Below, in pieces: positions 20,434 to 30,175 of a DNA stretch of 64,000 bases. The notes beneath the pieces were generated by a model. The model was not told where the DNA came from, searched no databases, and saw only the letters and a list, made by a program, of their open reading frames with translations. This DNA is from a virus. Its lineage: Duplodnaviria > Caudoviricetes. The stretch spans positions 1 to 64,000 of the IMG/VR virus record IMGVR_UViG_3300042507_005041. One strand, 5' to 3'. How positions within the stretch are numbered: the first letter of the stretch is position 1; each line of letters begins with the position of its first letter. Made by a program: the position numbers and the translations under genes.

Positions 20434-20731
20434 TTGAACTTACTCTATTCGCTATTGCTTCATCTATAATTTGACCCAAATGTTTTGCGTCCCTATAACC
20501 TTTGTCATAGAGAACAGATATTATGGGTTTAGGATCAGCGTGGTTGTATGTTATTAATTGGAGATTTAAAACATCGTTAATTGTATAAACTCTGTAGTTA
20601 TTTAAATCTCTTCGAGGATCAGGATACTTTTTGTTTTTTTCTCTATTAGCAATAGTCAAAGTTGATACGTTTAATATCTTTGCAACCTCTGATCTATTAA
20701 AGCTAGGTTGAGAAGATTTAGCTTTAGACAT
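20417..20731 (-). CDS. MerR-type HTH DNA-binding protein
   Basis: EVAKILNVS..TI...E......PRR..NNYRVYT. Confidence 0.85.
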   Translation of the reverse strand: MSKAKSSQPSFNRSEVAKILNVSTLTIANREKNKKYPDPRRDLNNYRVYTINDVLNLQLITYNHADPKPIISVLYDKGYRDAKHLGQIIDEAIANRVSSNADRR

Positions 20732-20797
20732 TTGGTTTGTTACCTTTTTTAAAGTTTATATTAGATATAATAGCAAAAAGGTGTATAAAAATCAACC

Positions 20798-22024
20798 TTA
20801 AGACAAAAATTTTTCATAAATATTAGCAAAAGTTTTTCTGAAAGAAATAACATTAGGAACTTTTTGAGACAATTGAGTTAAAATTGAATCAGATGTAACA
20901 GCAGCAACAGCTTTGGCTATACTTTTTTCTGTAACAAGATTAGCCTTTGACAAAGCTACTTGATAAAGATGAGAGTCTCTTACACTTTCTTCAGAAATAC
21001 AATCATCATAAGAGTGGTCGTAATCTTCGTCTTCTCCGTCGTGATCATATTCACACAAAATTATGTCGTTTTCAAAAACATATTGATTGAAAAAATCTTG
21101 AGATGCATTTGCTTGTTCTTGGTAATAAAATTCTGCGTTAGTATAATTGGACCAAACAATAGAACTTACTTGATCTAATGGAATAGATTCCCAGCATTTG
21201 AAGAATGCGTCGAAATAAGATTTATGAGTCAGTCTAGGAAGACCGTAAATAGGATTGCTTTTTAAGAACTCAATAGATTTTGGAACAGAGACTTCAGCCC
21301 AAGGTGCAAATTCTTCAAACTTTTTAGAAGATAAGAACTGAGCTATATTTTCTGTTATATCAAAATTGAAACCACTATTCCAAACCCAGTCAAAAGCAGA
21401 AGCAATAACACCAGAAATAGTTTGAGGATACTTTTCTATGTCATCAATAGATGCAAAGAAAGGACGACACAAGTTGCCATTAGAATAAAAGTTAAACATT
21501 GGAGGACAATAAACTGTTTGATCCGGATGAGTTAAAGAAGATTCTGCAAAGAACATTCTCACAGCAACCAATCTCATGTCAGATGGGTTAAAGGTACAAA
21601 CATATACTTGCCATGGCAAAGGGATGTAATACTGAGAGGTGCTAGTTTCGTCTCGTATATTATCTCTGTAATCGTTATCTATATCAATAACCTGATAAGA
21701 AGGAGGGCGTTCAAAAACAACAACTCCATCAGAAACAAATCGAACACCAGGAAAATAAATATCGTCTAATTTAAATCCAGAACTATTTATTTCTGATGTC
21801 AAAAGGTATTCTCTAAGAATGTTAGAAAAAGTAACACCGTCTAAATCAACAGTTTGAGCACCAGAACTAAAGTGTGGATTATTAACTTTTGCTATTGGCT
21901 TTTGGAATGCCCGGCTAAATAAAGTAGACTTGGAGACATCTTGTTCAGGAAAATGTTGAGTTTCAAGATAATAAACAGGAGGAGAAGAAAAATCATTAAA
22001 AATAAAATCAGCTGGAGACAACAT
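20798..22024 (-). CDS. Prokaryotic E2 family D-like protein
   Basis: ERPP, PLPWQVY, PMFNFYSNGNLC, W.SGFN.D. Confidence 0.7.
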   Translation of the reverse strand: MLSPADFIFNDFSSPPVYYLETQHFPEQDVSKSTLFSRAFQKPIAKVNNPHFSSGAQTVDLDGVTFSNILREYLLTSEINSSGFKLDDIYFPGVRFVSDGVVVFERPPSYQVIDIDNDYRDNIRDETSTSQYYIPLPWQVYVCTFNPSDMRLVAVRMFFAESSLTHPDQTVYCPPMFNFYSNGNLCRPFFASIDDIEKYPQTISGVIASAFDWVWNSGFNFDITENIAQFLSSKKFEEFAPWAEVSVPKSIEFLKSNPIYGLPRLTHKSYFDAFFKCWESIPLDQVSSIVWSNYTNAEFYYQEQANASQDFFNQYVFENDIILCEYDHDGEDEDYDHSYDDCISEESVRDSHLYQVALSKANLVTEKSIAKAVAAVTSDSILTQLSQKVPNVISFRKTFANIYEKFLS

Positions 22025-23228
22025 CTTCAAGCTCCTCTTGGATAGCATTAAAATATGGAGATACTTCTTCGTTTGTTAGATCAAAATTAAAAGAGGTATT
22101 ATTTTCAAAGAAATCATTGTTTTTATTTTGATAAAAATGATCATAAATTTTTGCAACAATGTATGGATTAGAAGAATATAAATCAATATTTTCTTGAGAA
22201 TAATTAGTGATAACTACTCTAGCACTGACAGAGGTAGTGGAATGGTAATCAAAAGAGTTAGAGATAGAATCGTCTACTATAAGAGTAGGATTACTATAAG
22301 GAGACCAATTATAATCTCTTGTAACAGATTTCTTAGTTATTTGATTTTGAATCAAGGAAGCAATATTGCTAAGATGATCAGGAAAAGTTTCTCGACGTTT
22401 TTGAGAAACAATACTTAAATTATTTTTGCAGTGAGAAATATAATTAAGAAGCTCTTCTAAAGAAAGACTAGAAAGTAAGTAGAGCATTTGGTTATATGTT
22501 TTACCAGTGCTTCTACTTCCACCCAGTGCATTGTAATTCTTAGGACCCTTATTAGTCTTTAAAACTCTGTGTATAATGTCATTAGAGTAAAAATAATTAC
22601 TAAACGGAAGAGCATTTGATAAGTCGCAATTCCAACCAGCAAAGTAAGAATTAAACAAAGCATTGTAGATGTCTGCTATAGGAGCTTGACCTTTAATGAG
22701 TTGAATAACAGGTTGGGAATCTTGGCCCATGCAAATATTGCCACCACTACTATTTGGCAAGAAACAAGGAACTAAGTCTTCTTGAAATGAAGACAAAGGC
22801 TTGTCATTAAAATATATACTAAAAGAAAAACCGCTAGAAAAAGTATGACCTTTAGGATCTAAAGATATAACACAAACAGTCCAAGGAATCCACATCTTAA
22901 TAGAATCTAAATACTTTGGACAAGTTCTGTAGCTGTAAGAATTTGAAGTAGAAAAATCTACATCTATTTGAAAAGGTGGGCGTTCAATAACATAAACGTT
23001 TTTATCTTCAGAGACATAACGAACAGCTAAGGGGTACAAAGAAAAGTTATCTTTTCCATCAATCTTAGAGTAATTCATTTTAGCTTGTTCTAAGAAATCG
23101 TATTCATATACACTATATTTAAGATGAAGATCTTCTAAAACTGGGGTAGTAGCATTGCAGTGTGTAAAGAAAAGCTTACCCTCACTCAAAAGAGAGTATG
23201 CATAATTAATATAGTTCATAGGTACCAC
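22008..23228 (-). CDS. Prokaryotic E2 family D-like protein
   Basis: ERPP, IPWTV, LPNSSGGNICMG, F.GWN.D. Confidence 0.7.
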   Translation of the reverse strand: MVPMNYINYAYSLLSEGKLFFTHCNATTPVLEDLHLKYSVYEYDFLEQAKMNYSKIDGKDNFSLYPLAVRYVSEDKNVYVIERPPFQIDVDFSTSNSYSYRTCPKYLDSIKMWIPWTVCVISLDPKGHTFSSGFSFSIYFNDKPLSSFQEDLVPCFLPNSSGGNICMGQDSQPVIQLIKGQAPIADIYNALFNSYFAGWNCDLSNALPFSNYFYSNDIIHRVLKTNKGPKNYNALGGSRSTGKTYNQMLYLLSSLSLEELLNYISHCKNNLSIVSQKRRETFPDHLSNIASLIQNQITKKSVTRDYNWSPYSNPTLIVDDSISNSFDYHSTTSVSARVVITNYSQENIDLYSSNPYIVAKIYDHFYQNKNNDFFENNTSFNFDLTNEEVSPYFNAIQEELEDVVSS

Positions 23229-23794
23229 TAAGAGATTAAGGAATTTAAATAAGACTTATTTGATTTTTGTTCAACAATAGGAGAATCTATATTTTGAAAA
23301 GAATAATTAGGAATATATTCTTCTAAGAAATTAATAAAGACTTTTTTAGCTTCTTCTTCAACAGAGTTATCTAAGTTAGATAAGTTAGTATAAGATAAAT
23401 TAAAAAGAACTTTTTCATCAGATGTATAAATCTTATAATCATAAGTTCCATTGAAAGAACGAAAACGAGTCAGATAATACTGTGTTGTTTTGTCGCCAAC
23501 AGTAGCAGAAGCTTTTGAAGATATAGAAAAATCAGGGACATAAAAGGGACAAGAGTTCTGCCGAGCAGCAAAAGCACAGTGGGTAACGGAATTAGGCTGA
23601 CTAGAAGCAAGCTGCATCAAAGGAGAAGAACAAGCATATACGCCAGGGTTATTGGCATACTCATATTTATCACTAGGATTTAACATATCTTTGTGAGTAA
23701 AAGACTTGCAAGATACTTCATATTGAGAAGCAATTCTTACAGCGATTGAAACATCTTCTACAAAAGAAGTGTCAGTAATATTTTCTGTAGACAT
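23228..23794 (-). CDS. Hypothetical Cys-containing protein
   Basis: 188-aa ORF in the same operon. Confidence 0.7.
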   Translation of the reverse strand: MSTENITDTSFVEDVSIAVRIASQYEVSCKSFTHKDMLNPSDKYEYANNPGVYACSSPLMQLASSQPNSVTHCAFAARQNSCPFYVPDFSISSKASATVGDKTTQYYLTRFRSFNGTYDYKIYTSDEKVLFNLSYTNLSNLDNSVEEEAKKVFINFLEEYIPNYSFQNIDSPIVEQKSNKSYLNSLIS

Positions 23795-23795
23795 A

Positions 23796-24443
23796 TTATC
23801 TCCAGGTCATACGAGAGTCTATGTAACTCTTGTGTTCAAGTTCTTGAATTTTTTTGGTAAGAATATCTATAGAACTGTTCTTCTGAAGGATAACGTTATA
23901 CAAGTATTCATTGTCGTTTTTTAACGAATTAAAATTGCGCAAAAAGGAATCAAATGTCTGTTGCATTTTATCAGTAGACTGTTGTACAGGTACAGAAAAA
24001 TCTTCAAATAACAAAGTGGTATTAAAAAGAATAACAGAACCTGGACCAGATCCAATTTGTTTAAAGTAATTATTAGATGTTAAGTAATCATACAAAGCAT
24101 CAAAGGCAGTAGGAAGAAAGTCAGAAAAGAATAAGTTTTTTAAAGAAGACCTAGAACCAAGATATACATAAGTATAGCTTTGAGCATGTTCTTCAAGCCA
24201 TTGATTAGCAATGGATATTTCTTGTGAACTAAGTTCAGATATTTTACTAGAATACAAATGTACTCCACACAAAGAACTTGGATTGTTAGCAGAGAAGTTT
24301 TTGAGTGAAGCGTAATTCTTTTTAGCAAGATTAAATGCTACATAAGAATTTAAAGGATAAAGATAATCATCCATAGAACCAAGAATGGGGTTCATTATTT
24401 GTGTAGAAAAATCTGGCCGTGTAAGATCAGAAAGAAATATCAT
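23796..24443 (-). CDS. Hypothetical protein with C-terminal coiled coil
   Basis: Heptad pattern at the C-terminus. Confidence 0.7.
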   Translation of the reverse strand: MIFLSDLTRPDFSTQIMNPILGSMDDYLYPLNSYVAFNLAKKNYASLKNFSANNPSSLCGVHLYSSKISELSSQEISIANQWLEEHAQSYTYVYLGSRSSLKNLFFSDFLPTAFDALYDYLTSNNYFKQIGSGPGSVILFNTTLLFEDFSVPVQQSTDKMQQTFDSFLRNFNSLKNDNEYLYNVILQKNSSIDILTKKIQELEHKSYIDSRMTWR

Positions 24444-24632
24444 ATATTCTCCATAGAAATAGAATCAAAAGATAGTGTTTTGTTTTTTAACAAATCAGAT
24501 ATCTGTAAAGATGATATATGCAGAGAAAGAATATCTGGATAGATAGACTTTGCGACTGGATATATTTTAGATAAATAAAAAAGATTGTTTAATATTGCAG
24601 ACTCTTCTAGGTCTACAAAAAGAACAGAAGTG

Positions 24633-25019
24633 TTATTGATCGGTTCCGTCAGATAACTTTTCTGCAACCAAGTCCTCAAGGGCTGAGGCAACTCCTGGAC
24701 TTTCTCCAGCCAATAAACCACCGGCGCCTTCTTTCATAACTTGTAGCATTTGCTTACGGCTGTGAGCAATGGTGTCCATAAAGGCTTTTTGTGCATCAGG
24801 AGTAGAGAATCTAATCTGTGCAAGAAGGCCTTCCATGTTTACAGCTTGCTCGCCAAAACCAAGAATAAGTGTAGCAATCTGCTTCTCTAGCTTTTCAATA
24901 ACTTGTTCCATGTCTTGAAAGCGAGCTTCTATACGAGCAGATAGTGCTATGATAATCTCTTGAGTTTGATTGCTCAAAGACTCAAGAGTCATTTCGCCAG
25001 TAAATATTGATTCTTCCAT
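24633..25019 (-). CDS. Coiled-coil hypothetical protein
   Basis: Heptad pattern; start abuts the upstream stop. Confidence 0.7.
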   Translation of the reverse strand: MEESIFTGEMTLESLSNQTQEIIIALSARIEARFQDMEQVIEKLEKQIATLILGFGEQAVNMEGLLAQIRFSTPDAQKAFMDTIAHSRKQMLQVMKEGAGGLLAGESPGVASALEDLVAEKLSDGTDQ

Positions 25020-25633
25020 TATGCGTCGTACCATTCTGTATTATTGGAAACAAAAGAAACAAGAGAAAGATCACATAAATAAGAAATAGATGCAATGTCT
25101 TGACGAGAAACTTTAATAGAATCTACAGACAATGGAGACTTCATATCAGGAATGAACGCACCAGTGTCTGATTTGCGAGCTTTAAAATGACCAGCTTTCC
25201 AGACAAAGTTATTGACATCAATGGCATCACCATTTGTCCAGTACTGGCACTTAAAGATTCTGCTAATAGGATGACCAGCTGAAGTCATAGCGCCACCATA
25301 AGAAACAAACGACTCAGGGTGAGGAAGACTTAATCTATCATTAGCAGGAAAGTTAGCAACTGCTGATCCATTAGCTATTGAACGAAGGTAAGCTGAAAAG
25401 TCAACAGCATCAACAAAGCAGTTTGTATTGCTTTCAAGTTTTCCAGATTGATTTGTTCTACCAATATCAACAGAAAACTTCATGCCTTCAAACCAAGGCT
25501 TAATAGCAACAAAGCCACTTTGGGTTTTTGATCTAAACCACTTTTTGTAAAGTGTATTAGCATATTTTGGTTTATCATCAGAAGAAGGATCTAGAGATTC
25601 TAAAAATTCTTCAACGTTTTCTTCTATTGTCAT
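25019..25633 (-). CDS. Hypothetical protein
   Basis: AGGAG RBS; 204 aa. Confidence 0.75.
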   Translation of the reverse strand: MTIEENVEEFLESLDPSSDDKPKYANTLYKKWFRSKTQSGFVAIKPWFEGMKFSVDIGRTNQSGKLESNTNCFVDAVDFSAYLRSIANGSAVANFPANDRLSLPHPESFVSYGGAMTSAGHPISRIFKCQYWTNGDAIDVNNFVWKAGHFKARKSDTGAFIPDMKSPLSVDSIKVSRQDIASISYLCDLSLVSFVSNNTEWYDA

Positions 25634-25645
25634 TACAGTCTCCTA

Positions 25646-27250
25646 TTAAGCTTTAATTGACCAGCTAGAATTCTGGTTAGCTTTAGTATTACCATTACCT
25701 AGTATATCATTTATTTCATTATATTGGAAGCTAGAAGCCCAGTCCCAGTTTTCGTATGCATAACGATAAAGATCTTTGATCATATCGCGTTCTTTGTTCC
25801 AAAGAATATTACGCATGTTGGGTGCAGCCTTTACGACATCTGACGTGTTAAGACTGCGGCGTTCAGCAGAAACTACATTAAACTTAACTTCTTTAATAAG
25901 AGATTTAATCTCTGCACCAGTAAAATACTTGGTAGCGTTAGCAATTGCAGAGTAATCAAATCCATCTTCAGGAAGATAAATTTTAATAATCTCTACACGT
26001 TCTTCAAGAGATGGAAGACCAACAAAGAAGATTTTGTCAAAGCGTTCTGCACGAAGCATTTCTGGTTTAAGATGGTTGAGCTGATTAGCTGCACACATCA
26101 AGAATACATCGTTAGGAAGTTCTTGAAGTCCAGTAAGGAATTCACCATGAACACGATCGGTGGTACCACCGTCTACATGAGAGGAGCTTTGACCACCAGA
26201 CATGTCACGACCGAACTCGTCAATCCATACACACAATGGAGCCATGGCTTTAATCTGCTGGAATACAGCACGCATATTCTGTTCTGATTGGCCAATGAAA
26301 GAGTTCATGACTTGACTTACACCAGTTCGTGCAAGGTCAAGACCTAATGCGTTAGCAGTAGCTTCACAGATAGCAGACTTACCAGTGCCAGGAATACCAA
26401 CAGTCAAGATGCGACGAATAGGTTGAATGCCAAACTTCTCAGCTTCTTGAGGATTTTCCCAGAAATAAATGTTTCTAGAAATAACAGTCTTAATATTATC
26501 AAGACCACCAATATTATCAAAAGTAATCTTAGGTTTAATTATTTCAAGAATGCCATTCTTTTTAATGTTGGACATCTTAGCGTTATAAATATAAGATGAA
26601 TCAATAGTGCCTTTTTCTAGAACAGAAGAAAGACAAAGATTAATAAACTTAGATTCGCTAAGCCCAATTCCAGCATTAACAATTTCTTTGGCTTTGGAAG
26701 AGTCTATTACTTCACCATTTGTTGCTGAGTGAATGTGATAAAGTATTTCATTTAACTCTTCAGGAGTAGGATAAAGATCTTCATGAACATAAAAGAGATG
26801 TGCAATTTCTTGAGGAACGTCAATTGCAGAGAAAACAATCATCTGCAAAGGCATAAGAGAAAGATCATCAGACTTAAAAGAAAGACGATATTCATAATGA
26901 GCAGAAGAGATAAGGCCAGCAAAGTTTTGAGCGAAAGAAGCAGGGTCGCCAACAAGGTGATAAAGAAATGTTTTTGAATGATCTTTAAGATCAGGAGAGT
27001 TTAACATATAATCAAAAGACAAAGAAAGATCTGTTGTCTTTGTGATGATAGGAGAAGCGGGGTCGTCTGGGTTAGGAATAGAAACTAAAACAGGTTTCCA
27101 TTTGTTGTCAATGAATTGACAGAATCCGTCCTTATTGATTGTAAAATAAGAACGCTTGTTAAAAGAAGTAATGTTCTCTTCCAAGCGATATGGATCAGTG
27201 GTTTTAATCCATATGGCAGGGTTGCCTAGTTGGATCTGTTGAAAGAGCAT
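25646..27250 (-). CDS. AAA+ ATPase (Ycf46-like architecture)
   Basis: GGL..IK, GIPGTGKS, WIDE, AANQL..L.PEMLRAERFD, FTGAEI. Confidence 0.92.
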   Translation of the reverse strand: MLFQQIQLGNPAIWIKTTDPYRLEENITSFNKRSYFTINKDGFCQFIDNKWKPVLVSIPNPDDPASPIITKTTDLSLSFDYMLNSPDLKDHSKTFLYHLVGDPASFAQNFAGLISSAHYEYRLSFKSDDLSLMPLQMIVFSAIDVPQEIAHLFYVHEDLYPTPEELNEILYHIHSATNGEVIDSSKAKEIVNAGIGLSESKFINLCLSSVLEKGTIDSSYIYNAKMSNIKKNGILEIIKPKITFDNIGGLDNIKTVISRNIYFWENPQEAEKFGIQPIRRILTVGIPGTGKSAICEATANALGLDLARTGVSQVMNSFIGQSEQNMRAVFQQIKAMAPLCVWIDEFGRDMSGGQSSSHVDGGTTDRVHGEFLTGLQELPNDVFLMCAANQLNHLKPEMLRAERFDKIFFVGLPSLEERVEIIKIYLPEDGFDYSAIANATKYFTGAEIKSLIKEVKFNVVSAERRSLNTSDVVKAAPNMRNILWNKERDMIKDLYRYAYENWDWASSFQYNEINDILGNGNTKANQNSSWSIKA

Positions 27251-27301
27251 TGTATCTCCAATATTAAAATAATAAACTAAAGGCTTTATAAAAAATATGA
27301 A

Positions 27302-27426
27302 TGGGGGGGACCACTCTAAAAGTTTAATAGATAAAAAAATTATCTAAGAGTCCCCCCCAAAACATGTGGGTAACACCTGTGAGAAAGGGAAGGCCATGAA
27401 GAGCCAAAAGCACAAGTGCCACCCAC
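27302..27426 (-). ncRNA. Two long hairpins; the second has an anti-RBS loop
   Basis: G7AC/GTC7 stem; GTGGGT...ACCCAC stem whose loop is complementary to AGAAAGGGAAGGCCATGAAG. Confidence 0.45.
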
Positions 27427-27441
27427 GATCTAAAGGACTAA

Positions 27442-27693
27442 TCAGCCCTTTTCGCCAGCACGGCGGTGGAACTCTACGTTGTCACCAGGCTGGATGATGT
27501 AGTTCTCATCAAGCTTGTCCTTGCCTTTGTAGGCAATTGCATCTCCAGAGATGCCCCAAAGCTTAGAGAACTGCTGACGAACATCAGCAATAGACTTGCC
27601 AGACACTGGTGCTGGCTGGTTGTAAACGCCATAGCGGACGTTTGCAACGCCTTCGCTTGAGCTTGTTGTATTTTGCTTGGAATTAAGTTCCAT
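27442..27693 (-). CDS. Ubiquitin-like (beta-grasp) protein, PRTRC protein C-like
   Basis: YIIQPGDNVEFHRRAGEKG with terminal Gly; directly downstream of the E1 gene. Confidence 0.85.
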   Translation of the reverse strand: MELNSKQNTTSSSEGVANVRYGVYNQPAPVSGKSIADVRQQFSKLWGISGDAIAYKGKDKLDENYIIQPGDNVEFHRRAGEKG

Positions 27694-27710
27694 TTTATTC
27701 TCCTAAGTTA

Positions 27711-28460
27711 TTAACTTACAGTTATTAGTGATTCAACCATACGGTTGTAAGGCTGAGCCATGCCAAGACCTAAGTCGAAGTAGATCTCTGACTGTTCTGG
27801 ATTTTGTTCAGAAACAATGGTATGCTGAATGCGTCCAAGGATCATTGCAGCTACAGCCATATTGGTGGCGAGAATTTGAGTTCCGCCTTCTACTTCAGCT
27901 CGTTCTTGACAAGACATTTCACCTGGATTACGGTCAGGTGGATTTTGGTACTCTGGATGCGTTTCAACTGGGTGAGCAGTGATATCGACACCGTTTCTGC
28001 GTTGGTAGTGATAGATACTACCAAACAAAGCGTCGTCGTTTCCACCAGTGAAAACATCGACATTATTCAACTTTGAAGCAGCATCGAAAAGAATCTTTCG
28101 TGCTGAAAAGTTGTCAACAACTGCAAGAACAATATCACCTTCGGTAATAAGTTCTGTAGCTTTGATCTTATTAGATTCCTCATCTGTTGGTGGATGTTCA
28201 TCAGAAACAACCCACTTAGGAACAGGAATAACTAAAGTCTGATGGAACTTTTCAGTAAGCTCAAGAGCTTTAACTGAAGCTTTATTTCCCATTTGAGAAA
28301 ATGATTGACGTTCTAAATTTCGCTGTTCGAAATTATCTCCGTCAACAATAAGAAGAGCAGAGCCAGGAAACTTCCATTCAAGAAGGCGAACAACACCTTC
28401 TGAAAGCCAAGTACCAATGCCACCTGCTCCAACAAGAACAACTCGTTTAACGTTTTCCAT
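27711..28460 (-). CDS. ThiF/E1-like activating enzyme
   Basis: VGAGGIG, DGD.FE.RNL.RQ, NKA, VDN..AR, putative catalytic Cys in EMSCQ. Confidence 0.93.
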   Translation of the reverse strand: MENVKRVVLVGAGGIGTWLSEGVVRLLEWKFPGSALLIVDGDNFEQRNLERQSFSQMGNKASVKALELTEKFHQTLVIPVPKWVVSDEHPPTDEESNKIKATELITEGDIVLAVVDNFSARKILFDAASKLNNVDVFTGGNDDALFGSIYHYQRRNGVDITAHPVETHPEYQNPPDRNPGEMSCQERAEVEGGTQILATNMAVAAMILGRIQHTIVSEQNPEQSEIYFDLGLGMAQPYNRMVESLITVS

Positions 28461-28468
28461 AATATTAA

Positions 28469-30142
28469 TTAATCTCTTTCATAAGCTATAGAGTCATATG
28501 CACGTTCATAAGCAACATAATCGTTGCAATCTTTAATTTGATTTTGCATAGGACGTTCACTTCTTGCATAGTCCAAAATAGAAACTAAATATGGAGTACA
28601 AGAACGTGAATAATAAAATTCGCAATCAGCACAAAGGCCATTGGAATCATAAACGTTGTAAGGATGTGCTTGATCAAATTGAATTACCTGATCATAAAGA
28701 ACAGGATTAGGACATTCACATTCTCCATCACGCAATGTAGCAATCGGTTCGTTGCAACATACTGTACGAGAATGATCAAATCCTTCGTAGAAGTACTCGT
28801 CTAATAAAGTATTATTAAGAGAGAAATCAGAATCTACATCTTCAATTAAAGTATGAGGAGAATCATTGTCATCGACAGCTGTAAGAGACTCGTCTCTAAT
28901 TTTCATAAGGATGTCATTGTCGTGAGCGTCTTTAGTCCAAATATAAATATTTGAATTAGGATTTAGATTACGACGAGCAATGTACTTATTTGCTGACTGA
29001 AGAATATCAGAATAGATATCGCTATCAAGACATAAAAGAATGTCACAAGTGTCACAAACAAATTCAGGATTGTATGCAGAAAGATCGGATCCACAAGAAG
29101 GACATTCAAAATCATCAGTTGCATCAGAAATAACAATCTCTGCTATAACTAAATGATTTTCATCTTTAGGATCAGGATACTCTTGAAGGCGAGGGTCACC
29201 TTTAATCGTACCAGCTGGAATAGAGTCCAGCTGAGTAGGCTGATGAGCCGGTTGAGTAGCCTGTGCTGGTGCTTGTGCCACCTGCGTAACCGAACCCCCC
29301 TGAGGGGGGAGCACTTTTTTTACTTTTTGGCTCCATTCGATCACTTCAGGATCAGGAGCTTTAGTAAAAATAACATCTTCAAATACATCTTCAGGCTTAA
29401 GCGTCCAAATGGTTCCACCAATTTGCATCTCAATGTGATATTGAGTGGCTCCATTATTAACAGACTTTTGCCATCCATAAGTAATATGTAAGCCATCAAA
29501 GTCTGCTTGGTCTGCATGATCTGTTCCAGATGCATAGGCAGCCATGTTGGGGTGACTATGGACAGAGCCAACAATCATAACATTTTCAGGCTTTTGGTCG
29601 ACAATAGAATCTGGATCATATTTACAATGAACAGATGTATTGACTTGATTAGGAACTAAAATTCCCCAACCTTCAGAAGAACCTTCAAATGCTGGATCAA
29701 ATGTCAACATAACAATAGATTCAGTACCATGCTGAGTGTCAACAAGTCGGAAGAATTCATCGAGCTTGTCTACAATAACGCGTGGAATAGCAGGAAGACT
29801 ATAGACTGCACCTTCGCGAACAGAATCGAAATTATAAATTTCTTCATCTTTAACTGCAGTGACAGAACGACCAACAAAGTTATTAACAACTTTAACAATA
29901 CTTGTATTGAGATCAGTTACCCAAGTAGTGGTGGTAGAAGATACACCTTTATCGTAAGTTTTAGTTTCTACTTTACGATCTTCAGCGATGTTAGCAATCA
30001 AATAATAAATGTTAAAGCCAAGGCTTTCAACAATATCTTCCATGTTGTCATGGTCTGCCATAAAGCAAGGTACGCCGGACTTAGTCCAGAAGTAATTAAG
30101 GTCTTCTAAAGTATAAGTTTTTTTAATATTATCTGTGGTCAT
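28469..30142 (-). CDS. JAB/MPN metalloprotease with Cys-rich C-terminal region
   Basis: TES...VHSHP.M.AY.S.TD..D JAMM motif; several CxxC pairs. Confidence 0.88.
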   Translation of the reverse strand: MTTDNIKKTYTLEDLNYFWTKSGVPCFMADHDNMEDIVESLGFNIYYLIANIAEDRKVETKTYDKGVSSTTTTWVTDLNTSIVKVVNNFVGRSVTAVKDEEIYNFDSVREGAVYSLPAIPRVIVDKLDEFFRLVDTQHGTESIVMLTFDPAFEGSSEGWGILVPNQVNTSVHCKYDPDSIVDQKPENVMIVGSVHSHPNMAAYASGTDHADQADFDGLHITYGWQKSVNNGATQYHIEMQIGGTIWTLKPEDVFEDVIFTKAPDPEVIEWSQKVKKVLPPQGGSVTQVAQAPAQATQPAHQPTQLDSIPAGTIKGDPRLQEYPDPKDENHLVIAEIVISDATDDFECPSCGSDLSAYNPEFVCDTCDILLCLDSDIYSDILQSANKYIARRNLNPNSNIYIWTKDAHDNDILMKIRDESLTAVDDNDSPHTLIEDVDSDFSLNNTLLDEYFYEGFDHSRTVCCNEPIATLRDGECECPNPVLYDQVIQFDQAHPYNVYDSNGLCADCEFYYSRSCTPYLVSILDYARSERPMQNQIKDCNDYVAYERAYDSIAYERD

Positions 30143-30175
30143 AAAATCTCCAAATATAAGAGTCTATTGTTTTGT

